IMG/VR virus record: IMGVR_UViG_2534681762_000007
Strand: one strand, 5' to 3'
Length of the DNA stretch: 31,920 nucleotides
Origin: a virus
Taxonomy: Duplodnaviria > Heunggongvirae > Uroviricota > Caudoviricetes
Both the position numbers and the translations under genes were made by a program. How positions within the stretch are numbered: position 1 is the first letter of the stretch; every line of letters begins with the position of its first letter. Below, piece by piece: positions 1 to 9,283 of the stretch. Below the pieces are notes generated by a model. It saw only the letters and a program-made list of their open reading frames with translations. It ran no database searches and was not told the DNA's origin.

Positions 1-1284
1 TTACTTCTTCGCCTCTGCAACCACTTTACTACCCACGCCGCGGTTATTGTATTCCCACATGCGGTTGTAGTTAGTGTCATTCAGATTGCGCTGTATTTCG
101 TCGTTATCATCTACGCTGCCGGTATTACCCGCAAACGGACGATTAGAGATCACCGCATCGGCCCACGGTTTAGCCGTGTTAAAACCTTCGTTGATGGCGC
201 TATCACGGATCACCACCTGACCGTTGGTATTGGCATCAACATCCAGCGAGCGGCCCAGTTGCGCCACACCATCACCGAAAGCATTGAAACGGCTGTTTAC
301 GGCGAGGAAACCGTAGTAAATGTTGGACAGCGTAGCCGGTGCAAACACATACGCTTCTTGCTGAGTACGTGAGTTCACCACGCGGAATTCGGTGTTATCG
401 AACACCACTGCGCCGCGACCAGAAACGATATCCACATCCCCTTCAATGTAGCTGTTGGTCACCAGCGTACGCGGCTGACGATTCGTTTCCAGACGGTTCT
501 GCACACCGCTGTTGGTGACAAAGAAGGTGTTCTGACGACCGAGAATGTTAACGTTGTTAATCTGTACCTGGTCACCATCAGTACGCAGTGCCACCGCCGG
601 ATGGTTACCTGCATCTACGCTATCGCCCAGCGTGTTTTCGATGGTCAGATTTTGCAGTTGCAGGCCATTGTTTTGTGACCAGAAGACCGCAGAGCAGAGA
701 ACACCGATACTGTCGCTGCGTTTGCTCTGGCAGCTATCGTACATATACCACGCTGGTTTACCTGGCATATATTTGCCGCGCGGGTTGACGTCGTGACGCC
801 AGTCGGCAGGGCTCATGCCACCATCAAGGGAAAGCCCAATCTTCACATCAATCGGTTTTTCACCTGTACCGTACAGAGTAATTCCACCCGGAGCGGCAGG
901 GACATATACCGTTCCCTGATACTCACCAGGCATCACGGCAATATACTGGCGCTTGTTGGTACGCTTGATAATTGCCGCATCTACCGCCGCCTGAATCGTG
1001 GTATGCGTTACACCTTGAGTGCCCGCCGGGCCGACAACAAAGTCAGGTTGCGCAGGCAGGGTAATCGGGGAAGGATTCCACGCTGCTGCACCTGGTGTCA
1101 GGGATGCAAAATAGTGTTGAGCATCGAAATTCTGCGCTTCTTTTGCCGACAGAATCGGGCGAGAAGAGGTACCAGGCGCGGTTTGATCAGAAGGACGTTG
1201 ATCGGGCGGGGTTGAGCTACAGGCGGTCAGCGTCACGCCAAAAGCCAATGCCAGCGCCAGACGGGAAACTGAAAATGTGTTCAC
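1..1284 (-). CDS. ybhC: YbhC-type outer-membrane lipoprotein (pectinesterase-fold acyl-CoA thioesterase), host gene flanking attB-lambda
   Basis: 427-aa ORF with signal peptide and lipobox LTAC; matches my memory of E. coli YbhC; starts about 45 bp from the att core. Start codon in sequence is GTG. Confidence 0.85.
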   Translation of the reverse strand: MNTFSVSRLALALAFGVTLTACSSTPPDQRPSDQTAPGTSSRPILSAKEAQNFDAQHYFASLTPGAAAWNPSPITLPAQPDFVVGPAGTQGVTHTTIQAAVDAAIIKRTNKRQYIAVMPGEYQGTVYVPAAPGGITLYGTGEKPIDVKIGLSLDGGMSPADWRHDVNPRGKYMPGKPAWYMYDSCQSKRSDSIGVLCSAVFWSQNNGLQLQNLTIENTLGDSVDAGNHPAVALRTDGDQVQINNVNILGRQNTFFVTNSGVQNRLETNRQPRTLVTNSYIEGDVDIVSGRGAVVFDNTEFRVVNSRTQQEAYVFAPATLSNIYYGFLAVNSRFNAFGDGVAQLGRSLDVDANTNGQVVIRDSAINEGFNTAKPWADAVISNRPFAGNTGSVDDNDEIQRNLNDTNYNRMWEYNNRGVGSKVVAEAKK

Positions 1285-1315
1285 AGGTTGCTCCGGGCTA
1301 TGAAATAGAAAAATG

Positions 1316-1414
1316 AATCCGTTGAAGCCTGCTTTTTTATACTAAGTTGGCATTATAAAAAAGCATTGCTTATCAATTTGTTGCAACGAACAGGTCACTA
1401 TCAGTCAAAATAAA
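1316..1414. other. attL: attL (B-O-P') prophage-host junction; core GCTTTTTTATACTAA at 1331..1345 followed by P' arm
   Basis: Exact 15-bp lambda att core, then GTTGGCATTATAAAAAAGCATTGCTTATCAATTTGTTGCAACGAACAGGTCACTATCAGTCAAAATAAAATCATTATTTG, which I recall as the lambda P' arm. Confidence 0.92.
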
Positions 1415-1418
1415 ATCA

Positions 1419-2489
1419 TTATTTGATTTCAATTTTGTCCCACTCCCTGCCTCTGTCATCACGATACTGTGATGCCATGGTGTCCGACTTATGCCCGAGA
1501 AGATGTTGAGCAAACTTATCGCTTATCTGCTTCTCATAGAGTCTTGCAGACAAACTGCGCAACTCGTGAAAGGTAGGCGGATCCCCTTCGAAGGAAAGAC
1601 CTGATGCTTTTCGTGCGCGCATAAAATACCTTGATACTGTGCCGGATGAAAGCGGTTCGCGACGAGTAGATGCAATTATGGTTTCTCCGCCAAGAATCTC
1701 TTTGCATTTATCAAGTGTTTCCTTCATTGATATTCCGAGAGCATCAACATGCAATGCTGTTGGGATGGCAATTTTTACGCCTGTTTTGCTTTGCTCGACA
1801 TAAAGATATCCATCTACGATATCAGACCACTTCATTTCGCATAAATCACCAACTCGTTGCCCGGTAACAACAGCCAGTTCCATTGCAAGTCTGAGCCAAT
1901 ATGGTGATGATTCTGCTGCTTGATAAATTTTCAGGTATTCGTCAGCCGTAAGTCTTGATCTCCTTACCTCTGATTTTGCTGCGCGAGTGGCAGCGACAGG
2001 GTTTGTTGTTATATGGCCTTCAGCTATTGCCTCTCGGAATGCATCGCTCAGTGTTGATCTGATTAACTTGGCTGACGCCGCCTTGCCCTCGTCTATGTAT
2101 CCATTGAGCATTGCCGCAATTTCTTTTGTGGTGATGTCTTCAAGTGGAGCATCAGGCAGACCCCTCCTTATTGCTTTAATTTTGCTCATGTAATTTATGA
2201 GTGTCTTCTGCTTGATTCCTCTGCTGGCCAGGATTTTTTCGTAGCGATCAAGCCATGAATGTAACGTAACGGAATTATCACTGTTGATTCTCGCTGTCAG
2301 AGGCTTGTGTTTGTGTCCTGAAAATAACTCAATGTTGGCCTGTATAGCTTCAGTGATTGCGATTCGCCTGTCTCGGCCTAATCCAAACTCTTTACCCGTC
2401 CTTGGGTCCCTGTAGCAGTAATATCCATTGTTTCTTATATAAAGGTTAGGGGGTAAATCCCGGCGCTCATGACTTCGCCTTCTTCCCAT
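1419..2489 (-). CDS. int: Lambda integrase (tyrosine recombinase), apparently intact
   Basis: 356-aa ORF MGRRRSHERRDLPPNLYIRNNGYYCYRDPRTGKEF... matching lambda Int; adjacent to attL; start ATG at 2489..2487. Confidence 0.97.
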   Translation of the reverse strand: MGRRRSHERRDLPPNLYIRNNGYYCYRDPRTGKEFGLGRDRRIAITEAIQANIELFSGHKHKPLTARINSDNSVTLHSWLDRYEKILASRGIKQKTLINYMSKIKAIRRGLPDAPLEDITTKEIAAMLNGYIDEGKAASAKLIRSTLSDAFREAIAEGHITTNPVAATRAAKSEVRRSRLTADEYLKIYQAAESSPYWLRLAMELAVVTGQRVGDLCEMKWSDIVDGYLYVEQSKTGVKIAIPTALHVDALGISMKETLDKCKEILGGETIIASTRREPLSSGTVSRYFMRARKASGLSFEGDPPTFHELRSLSARLYEKQISDKFAQHLLGHKSDTMASQYRDDRGREWDKIEIK

Positions 2490-2623
2490 TTCTGATCCTC
2501 TTCAAAAGGCTACCTGTTACTGGTCGATTTAAGTCAACCTTTACCGCTGATTCGTGGAACAGATATTCTCTTCCATCCTTAACCGGAGGAGGGAATATCC
2601 TGCATTCGGGTAATGACTCCAAC

Positions 2624-3127
2624 TTATTGATAGTGTTTTATGTTCAGATAATGCCCGATGACTTTGTCATGCAGCTCCACCGATTTTGAGAACGACAGCG
2701 ACTTCCGTCCCAGCCGTGCCAGGTGCTGCCTCAGATTCAGGTTATGCCGCTCAATTCGCTGCGTATATCGCTTGCTGATTACGTGCAGCTTTCCCTTCAG
2801 GCGGGATTCATACAGCGGCCAGCCATCCGTCATCCATATCACCACGTCAAAGGGTGACAGCAGGCTCATAAGACGCCCCAGCGTCGCCATAGTGCGTTCA
2901 CCGAATACGTGCGCAACAACCGTCTTCCGGAGACTGTCATACGCGTAAAACAGCCAGCGCTGGCGCGATTTAGCCCCGACATAGCCCCACTGTTCGTCCA
3001 TTTCCGCGCAGACGATGACGTCACTGCCCGGCTGTATGCGCGAGGTTACCGACTGCGGCCTGAGTTTTTTAAGTGACGTAAAATCGTGTTGAGGCCAACG
3101 CCCATAATGCGGGCAGTTGCCCGGCAT
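2624..3127 (-). CDS. insB: IS1 InsB (transposase catalytic part, made as InsAB' by frameshift)
   Basis: 167-aa [67 protein letters not shown]... typical IS1 InsB. Confidence 0.93.
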
Positions 3128-3321
3128 CCAACGCCATTCATGGCCATATCAATGATTTTCTGGTGCGTACCGGGTTGAGAAGCGGTGTAAGTGAACTGCA
3201 GTTGCCATGTTTTACGGCAGTGAGAGCAGAGATAGCGCTGATGTCCGGCGGTGCTTTTGCCGTTACGCACCACCCCGTCAGTAGCTGAACAGGAGGGACA
3301 GCTGATAGAAACAGAAGCCAC
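3046..3321 (-). CDS. insA: IS1 InsA (transposition inhibitor / N-terminal part of transposase)
   Basis: 91-aa [46 protein letters not shown]... typical IS1 InsA with zinc finger. Confidence 0.93.
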
Positions 3322-3486
3322 TGGAGCACCTCAAAAACACCATCATACACTAAATCAGTAAGTTGACAGCATCACCCTGCATTCGCGCACCCATCGACGA
3401 ACTGTTTCAAGGCTTCTTGGGCGTCGCTGGCGAGCGTTCCACTCCTGAAGTGTCAAGTACATCGCAAAGTCTCCGCAATTACACGC

Positions 3487-3510
3487 AAGAAAAAACCGCC
3501 ATCAGGCGGC
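3487..3510 (-). terminator. Candidate intrinsic terminator for leftward transcripts upstream of xis
   Basis: Hairpin CCGCC-ATCA-GGCGG (3496..3509) flanked by an A-run on the plus strand (T-run on the minus strand); some Ts also follow on the plus strand. Confidence 0.4.
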
Positions 3511-3751
3511 TTGGTGTTCTTTCAGTTCTTCAATTCGAATATTGGTTACGTCTGCATGTGCTATCTGCGCCCACAGCATCCAGTGGTCATAGCAGTCGCT
3601 GATGTTCTCGGCTTCGATAACTCTGTTGAATGGTTCTCCATTCTATTCACCTGTGACTCGGAAGTGCATTTATCATCTCCATAAAAAAAACTCGCCGTAG
3701 CGAGTTCAGATATAATTTTCACCAAAGGCAGTAGTTGCTTTATGCTAAGAA

Positions 3752-4180
3752 TTATTCAATATCTATTCCTGTAATATCTTTTATTTTTTTTCTTGCAAAG
3801 CCTTTTGCTAGTGATTTTGAAACACTCATAAGAGTACTAATCCCCTCATCCTTAAAGTTTGTTTTTATAGCTTGCCAGACCTCCTTTTGACGTAAGTCAG
3901 CAATAAAATCATGCCCTCTTGCTGTCAACCTCAGTGGTACTTCGATCCAACTATATTCAACACCTTCCCCTAACTCGTTGGACATTATATGACCGAACCC
4001 AGGTTTTCCATCAACCCTAACTATTAATTCGTAGTCACATAATAATCGCATATGGAAAATAAAATTTTGGTCATATCTATTAAAGCCATTATCCTCTAGT
4101 TCACTAAGCATCGTGTCAGGGCCATAAGTTTTTTCGAATGCGATAAGTAGATCTTTTAGATATTGCTGGTCTAATTTCAT
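3752..4180 (-). CDS. Hypothetical 142-aa cytoplasmic protein in AT-rich int-proximal accessory cassette
   Basis: Clean ORF MKLDQQYLKDLLIAFEKTYGPDTMLSELEDNGF... with GGAGG Shine-Dalgarno about 6 nt upstream of ATG; no homolog recognised by eye. Confidence 0.6.
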   Translation of the reverse strand: MKLDQQYLKDLLIAFEKTYGPDTMLSELEDNGFNRYDQNFIFHMRLLCDYELIVRVDGKPGFGHIMSNELGEGVEYSWIEVPLRLTARGHDFIADLRQKEVWQAIKTNFKDEGISTLMSVSKSLAKGFARKKIKDITGIDIE

Positions 4181-4840
4181 TGCCGCCTCCGTGACATGTC
4201 ACAGAGATTTATATCATTAATTTTGTTTCGTGCCAGCCTTTGGTCACCCAGTATTGTGAGTCACCATTACACGGGCATGAATTAACAGGAACTCTCTCGC
4301 CGCACTTACGGCAACGTTTTCTGCTAATCGATTTTATACGCCAGCGCACACGTGCATCATCCTGGCGGCTCAGTAACGCTATGTACTCACCAAACTCGTA
4401 AGGCGCACGCCTGAAGCGGCGCGTGGCTCAGTTACGCTCCAGCATTTCAATTTCCTGAGCATCAAGTACAAGCTCCAGCTTACGCATACCGGATGATGCT
4501 TGCTTGGCTCTCTGATCGGCTTTGCGCTCTGCTGCTGATTTAGTCATTCTGCTTTTCCTGCATCAGGAGAAAGACAATCATGGCGGCGCGGATACTTCCG
4601 GTATCTTTTTACGCGATATTACCCTTCAATGACACATACAAGAAGACAGCCATCAGCAGGAATGAGTGAGGAATCGACAACCAGTAACGCTTAATTATCT
4701 ATAGTGTCGTATTTGCTTCATAAAATATGGCGAATAACACAAAGCCCGCAGCAGCTCATTGTGCGGACTTTTCTTATACTTACTTCCTGGAGATAATTCT
4801 ATGGAGGCATTAAATTAATGCTGTCATTGGTAATATCATA

Positions 4841-5455
4841 TTATCTAAAAGTCTTTCCACTTTTAACGTCTAGATATATTCTGTTCGACAACGTCATTCC
4901 TCCGCAATATGTGAAATAGATGTTTTCACCCTTATTGCTTGATGCCATCCACCCTCCAACTTCCTTAAAATCGCTCTCCGTGCAGACACCTTCACTTATT
5001 AACTTCCTAGCTGCCGAAGAAAACTCTTTTTTGTATATACGGTAGTCATCAGATCCTTTGATTAAGGTATCATTTCTGCTCGCATTTTCAGCAGGATCTG
5101 ATGGCCTTTCACTGCTAAGATCACTAAGTTTAACCCATTCTGAAAACTTGCCATTAACGATTCCGTTTTTTCTTGTGCAGGATTTATTACCTTCTTTAAT
5201 ATATTCGCTTTCCCCTCCCACACATGAGGCTGAATATGGCTCAGTTATACGAACCCATTCACCTTTTTTTTCTAGAAAATCTACGCCTTCCCTGAAAAAT
5301 AGTTTCCCAGCCACTCCACATTTACTTGAAGGGCAGGTATGTCTTTCCGTTCGATCAACAACAACCCAAAGTTTTGATTCATTTTTTGCCATTGCCGATG
5401 GTATTTGAGATGAGACAATTAACGTAAGCCCTAAAATTAGTGTTGATTTTTTCAT
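4841..5455 (-). CDS. Hypothetical secreted Cys-containing 204-aa protein (signal peptide, no lipobox)
   Basis: N-terminus MKKSTLILGLTLIVSSQIPSAMA-KNE is a classic Sec signal peptide; AAGGAAAT Shine-Dalgarno before ATG at 5455; six Cys in mature part; AT-rich. Confidence 0.65.
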   Translation of the reverse strand: MKKSTLILGLTLIVSSQIPSAMAKNESKLWVVVDRTERHTCPSSKCGVAGKLFFREGVDFLEKKGEWVRITEPYSASCVGGESEYIKEGNKSCTRKNGIVNGKFSEWVKLSDLSSERPSDPAENASRNDTLIKGSDDYRIYKKEFSSAARKLISEGVCTESDFKEVGGWMASSNKGENIYFTYCGGMTLSNRIYLDVKSGKTFR

Positions 5456-5705
5456 TGTAATTTCCTTTTACTTTTTACAAAGCATTTAATCATGACTGAT
5501 TATCTCTAAGCGTAGTAACAGCCTTGTGCGAAACATGTTACCAAATCGCCATTTCAGTGTATCCACAGTTAGGCTGCCACTTCAAGGATTCCTAGTTACA
5601 TGGTACGTAAGCGTAATATCCCGTTGGTTGGCAGGTAATAACTCTGATCAATTCTCCCTTGTCTTTTGCTCTTACGTATGCAAATCTTGTACACTCAACC
5701 TAGGC

Positions 5706-6008
5706 CTACAGTTCAGCAATACGCTTACTTCCATCCGAGATAACACCTTCGTAATATTCACGCTGCTCGTTGAGTTTTGATTTTGCTGCTTCCAGTTCAA
5801 CGCGCAGCTTTCCTACCGTTAGCGCAATTTCCTCGTTCTCCTGGTCGCGGCGTTTGATGTATTGCTGGTTTCTTTCCCGCTCATCCAGCAGTTCCAGCAC
5901 AATCGATGGTGTTACCAATTCATGGAAAAGGTCTGCGTCAAATCCCCAGTCGTCATGCATTGCCTGCTCTGCCGCTTCACGCAGTGCCTGAGAGTTAATT
6001 TCGCTCAC
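5706..6008 (-). CDS. ea22: Ea22-like protein, N-terminal ~100 aa only (C-terminal part replaced by accessory cassette)
   Basis: MSEINSQALREAAEQAMHDDWGFDADLFHELVTPSIVLELLDERERNQQYIKRRDQENE... matches my memory of the lambda Ea22 N-terminus; ORF stops at 5706 where lambda-like DNA ends. Confidence 0.6.
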   Translation of the reverse strand: MSEINSQALREAAEQAMHDDWGFDADLFHELVTPSIVLELLDERERNQQYIKRRDQENEEIALTVGKLRVELEAAKSKLNEQREYYEGVISDGSKRIAEL

Positions 6009-6226
6009 TTCGAACCTCTCTGTTTACTGATAAGCTCCAGATCTTCCTGGCAACTTGCACAAGTCCGACAACCCTGAACGACCAGGCGTCTTCGTTCATC
6101 TATCGGATCGCCACACTCACAACAATGAGTGGCAGATATAGCCTGGTGGTTCAGGCGGCGCATTTTTATTGCTGTGTTGCGCTGTAATTCTTCAATTTCT
6201 GATGCTGAATCAATGATGTCTGCCAT
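6005..6226 (-). CDS. TraR/DksA-type C4 zinc-finger protein (lambda orf61 position)
   Basis: 73-aa ORF with CCECGDPIDERRRLVVQGCRTCASC motif; position between ea22 and exo as in lambda. Confidence 0.75.
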   Translation of the reverse strand: MADIIDSASEIEELQRNTAIKMRRLNHQAISATHCCECGDPIDERRRLVVQGCRTCASCQEDLELISKQRGSK

Positions 6227-6324
6227 CTTCCATTAATCCCTGAATTGTTGGTTAATACGCTTGAGGGTGAATGCGAATAATAAAAAAGGAGCCTGTAGCT
6301 CCCTGATGATTTTGCTTTTCATGT

Positions 6325-6540
6325 TCATCGTTCCTTAAAGACGCCGTTTAACATGCCGATTGCCAGGCTTAAATGAGTCGGTGTGAATCCCATCAGCGTT
6401 ACCGTTTCGCGGTGCTTCTTCAGTACGCTACGGCAAATGTCATCGACGTTTTTATCCGGAAACTGCTGTCTGGCTTTTTTGATTTCAGAATTAGCCTGAC
6501 GGGCAATGCTGCGAAGGGCGTTTTCCTGCTGAGGTGTCAT
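6325..6540 (-). CDS. Small early-left protein (lambda orf63 position)
   Basis: 71-aa ORF from internal ATG at 6540 (MTPQQENALRSIARQANSEIKKARQQF...); the track ORF extends further upstream in the same frame. Confidence 0.55.
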   Translation of the reverse strand: MTPQQENALRSIARQANSEIKKARQQFPDKNVDDICRSVLKKHRETVTLMGFTPTHLSLAIGMLNGVFKER

Positions 6541-6616
6541 TGAACAAGTCCCATGTCGGCAAGCATAAGCACACAGAATATGAAGCCCGCTGCCAGAAAA
6601 ATGCATTCAGTGGTTG

Positions 6617-6808
6617 TCATACCTGGTCTCTCTCATCTGCTTCTGCTTTCGCCACCATCATTTCCAGCTTTTGTGAAAGGGATGCGGCTAACGTGTGAAA
6701 TTCTTCGTCTGTTTCTACTGGTATTGGCACAAACCTGACTCCAATTTGAGCGAGGCTATGTGCCATCTCGATACTCGTTCTTAACTCAACGGGAGATGCT
6801 TTGTGCAT
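6617..6808 (-). CDS. Small early-left protein (lambda orf60a position)
   Basis: 63-aa ORF MHKASPVELRTSIEMAHSLAQIGVRFVPIPVETDEEF... immediately downstream of exo in transcription order. Confidence 0.55.
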   Translation of the reverse strand: MHKASPVELRTSIEMAHSLAQIGVRFVPIPVETDEEFHTLAASLSQKLEMMVAKAEADERDQV

Positions 6809-6959
6809 ACAGCCCCTCGTTTATTATTTATCTCCTCAGCCAGCCGCTGGGCTTTCAGTGGATTTTGGATAACAGAAAGGCCGGGAAATACCCAGCCTCG
6901 CTTTGTAACGGAGTAGACGAAAGTGATCGCGCCTACCCGGATATTATCGTGAGGATGCG

Positions 6960-7640
6960 TCATCGCCATTGCTCCCCAAATACAAAACCAATTTCAGCCA
7001 GTGCCTCGTCCATTTTTTCGATGAACTCCGGCACCATCTCGTCAAAACTCGCCATGTACTTTTCATTCCGCTCAATCACGACATAATGCAGGCCTTCACG
7101 CTTCATGCGCGGGTCATAGTTGGCAAAGTACCAGGCATCTTTTCGCGTCACCCACATGCTGTACTGCACCTGGGCCATGTAAGCCGATTTTATTGCCTCG
7201 AAACCACCGAGCCGGAATTTCATGAAATCCCGGGAGGTAAACGGGCATTTCAGTTCAAGGCCGTTGCCGTCACTGCATAAACCATCGGGAGAGCAGGCGG
7301 TGCGCATATTTTCGTCGCGATAGATGATCGGGGATTCAGTAATATTCACGCCGGAAGTGAATTCAAACAGGGTTCTGGCGTCGTTCTCGTACTGTTTTCC
7401 CCAGGCCAGCGCCTTAGCATTAACTTCCGGAGCCACACCGGTGCAAACCTCAGCCAGCAGGGTGTGGAAGTAGGACATTTTCATGTCAGGCCACTTCTTT
7501 CCTGAGCGGGGCTTTGCTATCACGTTGTGAACTTCTGAAGCGGTGATGACGCCGAGCCGTAATTTGTGCCATGCATCATCCCCCTGTTCGACAGCTCTCA
7601 CGTCGATCCCGGTACGCTGCAGGATAATGTCCGGTGTCAT
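6960..7640 (-). CDS. exo: Lambda exonuclease (Red-alpha)
   Basis: 226-aa [68 protein letters not shown]... matches lambda Exo. Confidence 0.97.
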   Translation of the reverse strand: MTPDIILQRTGIDVRAVEQGDDAWHKLRLGVITASEVHNVIAKPRSGKKWPDMKMSYFHTLLAEVCTGVAPEVNAKALAWGKQYENDARTLFEFTSGVNITESPIIYRDENMRTACSPDGLCSDGNGLELKCPFTSRDFMKFRLGGFEAIKSAYMAQVQYSMWVTRKDAWYFANYDPRMKREGLHYVVIERNEKYMASFDEMVPEFIEKMDEALAEIGFVFGEQWR

Positions 7641-8422
7641 GCTGCCACCTTCTGCTCAGTGGCTTTCTGTTTCAGGAATCCAAGAGCTTTCACTGCTTCG
7701 GCCTGTGTCAGTTCTGACGATGCGCGAATGTCGCGGCGAAATATCTGGGAACAGAGCGGCAATAAGTCGTCATCCCATGTTTTATCCAGGGCGATCAGCA
7801 GAGTGTTAATCTCCTGCATGGTTTCATCGTTAACCGGAGTGATGTCGCGTTCCGGCTGACGTTCTGCAGTGTATGCGGTATTTTCGACAATGCGCTCGGC
7901 TTCATCCTTGTCATAGATACCAGCAAATCCGAAGGCGAGACGGGCACACTGAATCATGGCTTTATGCCGTAACATCCGTTTGGGATGCGACTGCCACGGC
8001 CCCGTGATTTCTCTGCCTTCGCGGGTTTTGAATGGTTCGCGGCGGCATTCATCCATCCACTCGGTAACGCAGATCGGATGATTACGGTCCTTGCGGTAAA
8101 TCCGGCATGTACATGATTCATTGTCCTGCTCAAAGTCCATGCCATCAAACTGCTGGTTTTCATTGATGATACGGGACCAGCCATCAACGCCCACCACCGG
8201 AACGATGCCGTTCTGCTTATCAGGGAAGGCGTAAATTTCTTTCGTCCACGGATTAAGGCCGTACTGGTTGGCGACGATCAACAATGCGATGAACTGCGCA
8301 TCGCTGGCATCACCTTTAAATGCCGTCTGGCGAAGAGTGGTGATCAGTTCCTGTGGGTCGACAGAATCCATGCCGACACGTTCAGCCAGCTTCCCTGCCA
8401 GCGTTGCGAGTGCTGTACTCAT
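7637..8422 (-). CDS. bet: Lambda Bet (Red-beta single-strand annealing protein)
   Basis: 261-aa [69 protein letters not shown]... matches lambda Bet; overlaps exo start by 4 nt. Confidence 0.97.
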   Translation of the reverse strand: MSTALATLAGKLAERVGMDSVDPQELITTLRQTAFKGDASDAQFIALLIVANQYGLNPWTKEIYAFPDKQNGIVPVVGVDGWSRIINENQQFDGMDFEQDNESCTCRIYRKDRNHPICVTEWMDECRREPFKTREGREITGPWQSHPKRMLRHKAMIQCARLAFGFAGIYDKDEAERIVENTAYTAERQPERDITPVNDETMQEINTLLIALDKTWDDDLLPLCSQIFRRDIRASSELTQAEAVKALGFLKQKATEQKVAA

Positions 8423-8427
8423 CCGTT

Positions 8428-8724
8428 TTATACCTCTGAATCAATATCAACCTGGTGGTGAGCAATGGTTTCAACCATGTACTGGATGTGTTCTGCCATG
8501 CGCTCCTGAAACTCAACATCGTCATCAAACGCACGGGTAATGGCTTTTTTGCTGGCCCCGTGGCGTTGCAAATGATCGATGCATAGCGATTCAAACAGGT
8601 GCTGGGGCAGGCCTTTTTCCATGTCGTCTGCCAGTTCTGCCTCTTTCTCTTCACGGGCGATCTGCTGGTAGTGACGCGCCCAGCTCTGAGCCTCAAGACG
8701 ATCCTGAATGTAATAAGCGTTCAT
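8428..8724 (-). CDS. gam: Lambda Gam (RecBCD inhibitor), 98-aa short form
   Basis: [60 protein letters not shown]... matches lambda GamS; the upstream GamL-type extension is not in frame here. Confidence 0.93.
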   Translation of the reverse strand: MNAYYIQDRLEAQSWARHYQQIAREEKEAELADDMEKGLPQHLFESLCIDHLQRHGASKKAITRAFDDDVEFQERMAEHIQYMVETIAHHQVDIDSEV

Positions 8725-8799
8725 GGCTGACCTCCTGAAAATGGCTGTGAAAATATCGCCCGCGAAATGCCAGGCTGATTAGGAAAACAGGAAAGGGGA

Positions 8800-9090
8800 T
8801 TAGTGATTCAGGCCGTTACCGCGTCCGTCGAGAAAAACTTCCACGAGCAAATCACGGGTATAAGTGCGCTCGATGCCGCGATGCAGATAAAGCCGTCCGC
8901 GTAAATTAGCTGATGCAGTCCAGGTACCATCTTTGTGTTTGACCAGCATTCCTGGCATGACCGCGCCGCGATTAACGGTCTGCGTTCCGTAATGTTGATG
9001 AACCATAAAAACTCCTGCCCGTAAGCTGGGCTGCTGAACATATAAAGACTTCTGCGCGTATTCAGGCGGTGGATGGCCGCCGGTTGTCAT
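8800..9090 (-). CDS. Hypothetical 96-aa protein occupying the kil/cIII position upstream of gam
   Basis: [45 protein letters not shown]... with GAGG about 10 nt upstream of ATG at 9090; the 136-aa track ORF is the same frame from a TTG with no RBS. Confidence 0.5.
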   Translation of the reverse strand: MTTGGHPPPEYAQKSLYVQQPSLRAGVFMVHQHYGTQTVNRGAVMPGMLVKHKDGTWTASANLRGRLYLHRGIERTYTRDLLVEVFLDGRGNGLNH

Positions 9091-9283
9091 AACTAAGCCG
9101 CCTCGTTGAAGCGACTGAGGTATGAAGTGTTGAGTTGATTTCAGCTGGTCACACCGACGTTCACGCGTCCGCTTCACCCCTCGCACTTCCCGTAGCCTGC
9201 TGAAATTCAAGCTGCGGATCTAAGCGGTCATCGCAACGGTGAATCAGGTGGTTGCCGTATCGTTGTGTTGTTGCGACATGGTG

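Larger units (their letters stand above)
2609..3376 (-). mobile_element. IS1: IS1 (768 bp) with 9-bp target site duplication CTGCATTCG at 2600..2608 and 3377..3385
   Basis: Terminal inverted repeats GGTAATGACTCCAACTTATTGAT (2609..) and reverse complement of GGTGATGCTGTCAACTTACT (..3376); contains insA and insB; flanked by identical 9-mers. Confidence 0.95.
2467..3462 (-). pseudogene. xis: Lambda excisionase xis, interrupted after about codon 30 by IS1
   Basis: Minus-strand ATG at 3462 reads MYLTLQEWNARQRRPRSLETVRRWVREC, then IS1; reading resumes at 2599 with ..IFPPPVKDGREYLFHESAVKVDLNRPVTGSLLKRIRNGKKAKS and stop at 2467..2469 overlapping int start. Confidence 0.9.

Noticed and set aside
545-1316. 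Several plus-strand track ORFs (545..796, 588..788, 793..1215, 1095..1316)
   Set aside because: All lie antisense within ybhC, a well-supported gene; they are GC-rich shadow ORFs.
3363-3602. Track ORF of 79 aa on the plus strand
   Set aside because: Antisense to the 5' part of xis and to lambda-like non-coding DNA; starts inside the IS1 terminal repeat; no RBS.
8725-8802. Possible long form of Gam (GamL) with N-terminal extension
   Set aside because: The upstream extension is out of frame with the GamS ATG and lambda homology ends about 75 nt upstream, so only the 98-aa form is called.
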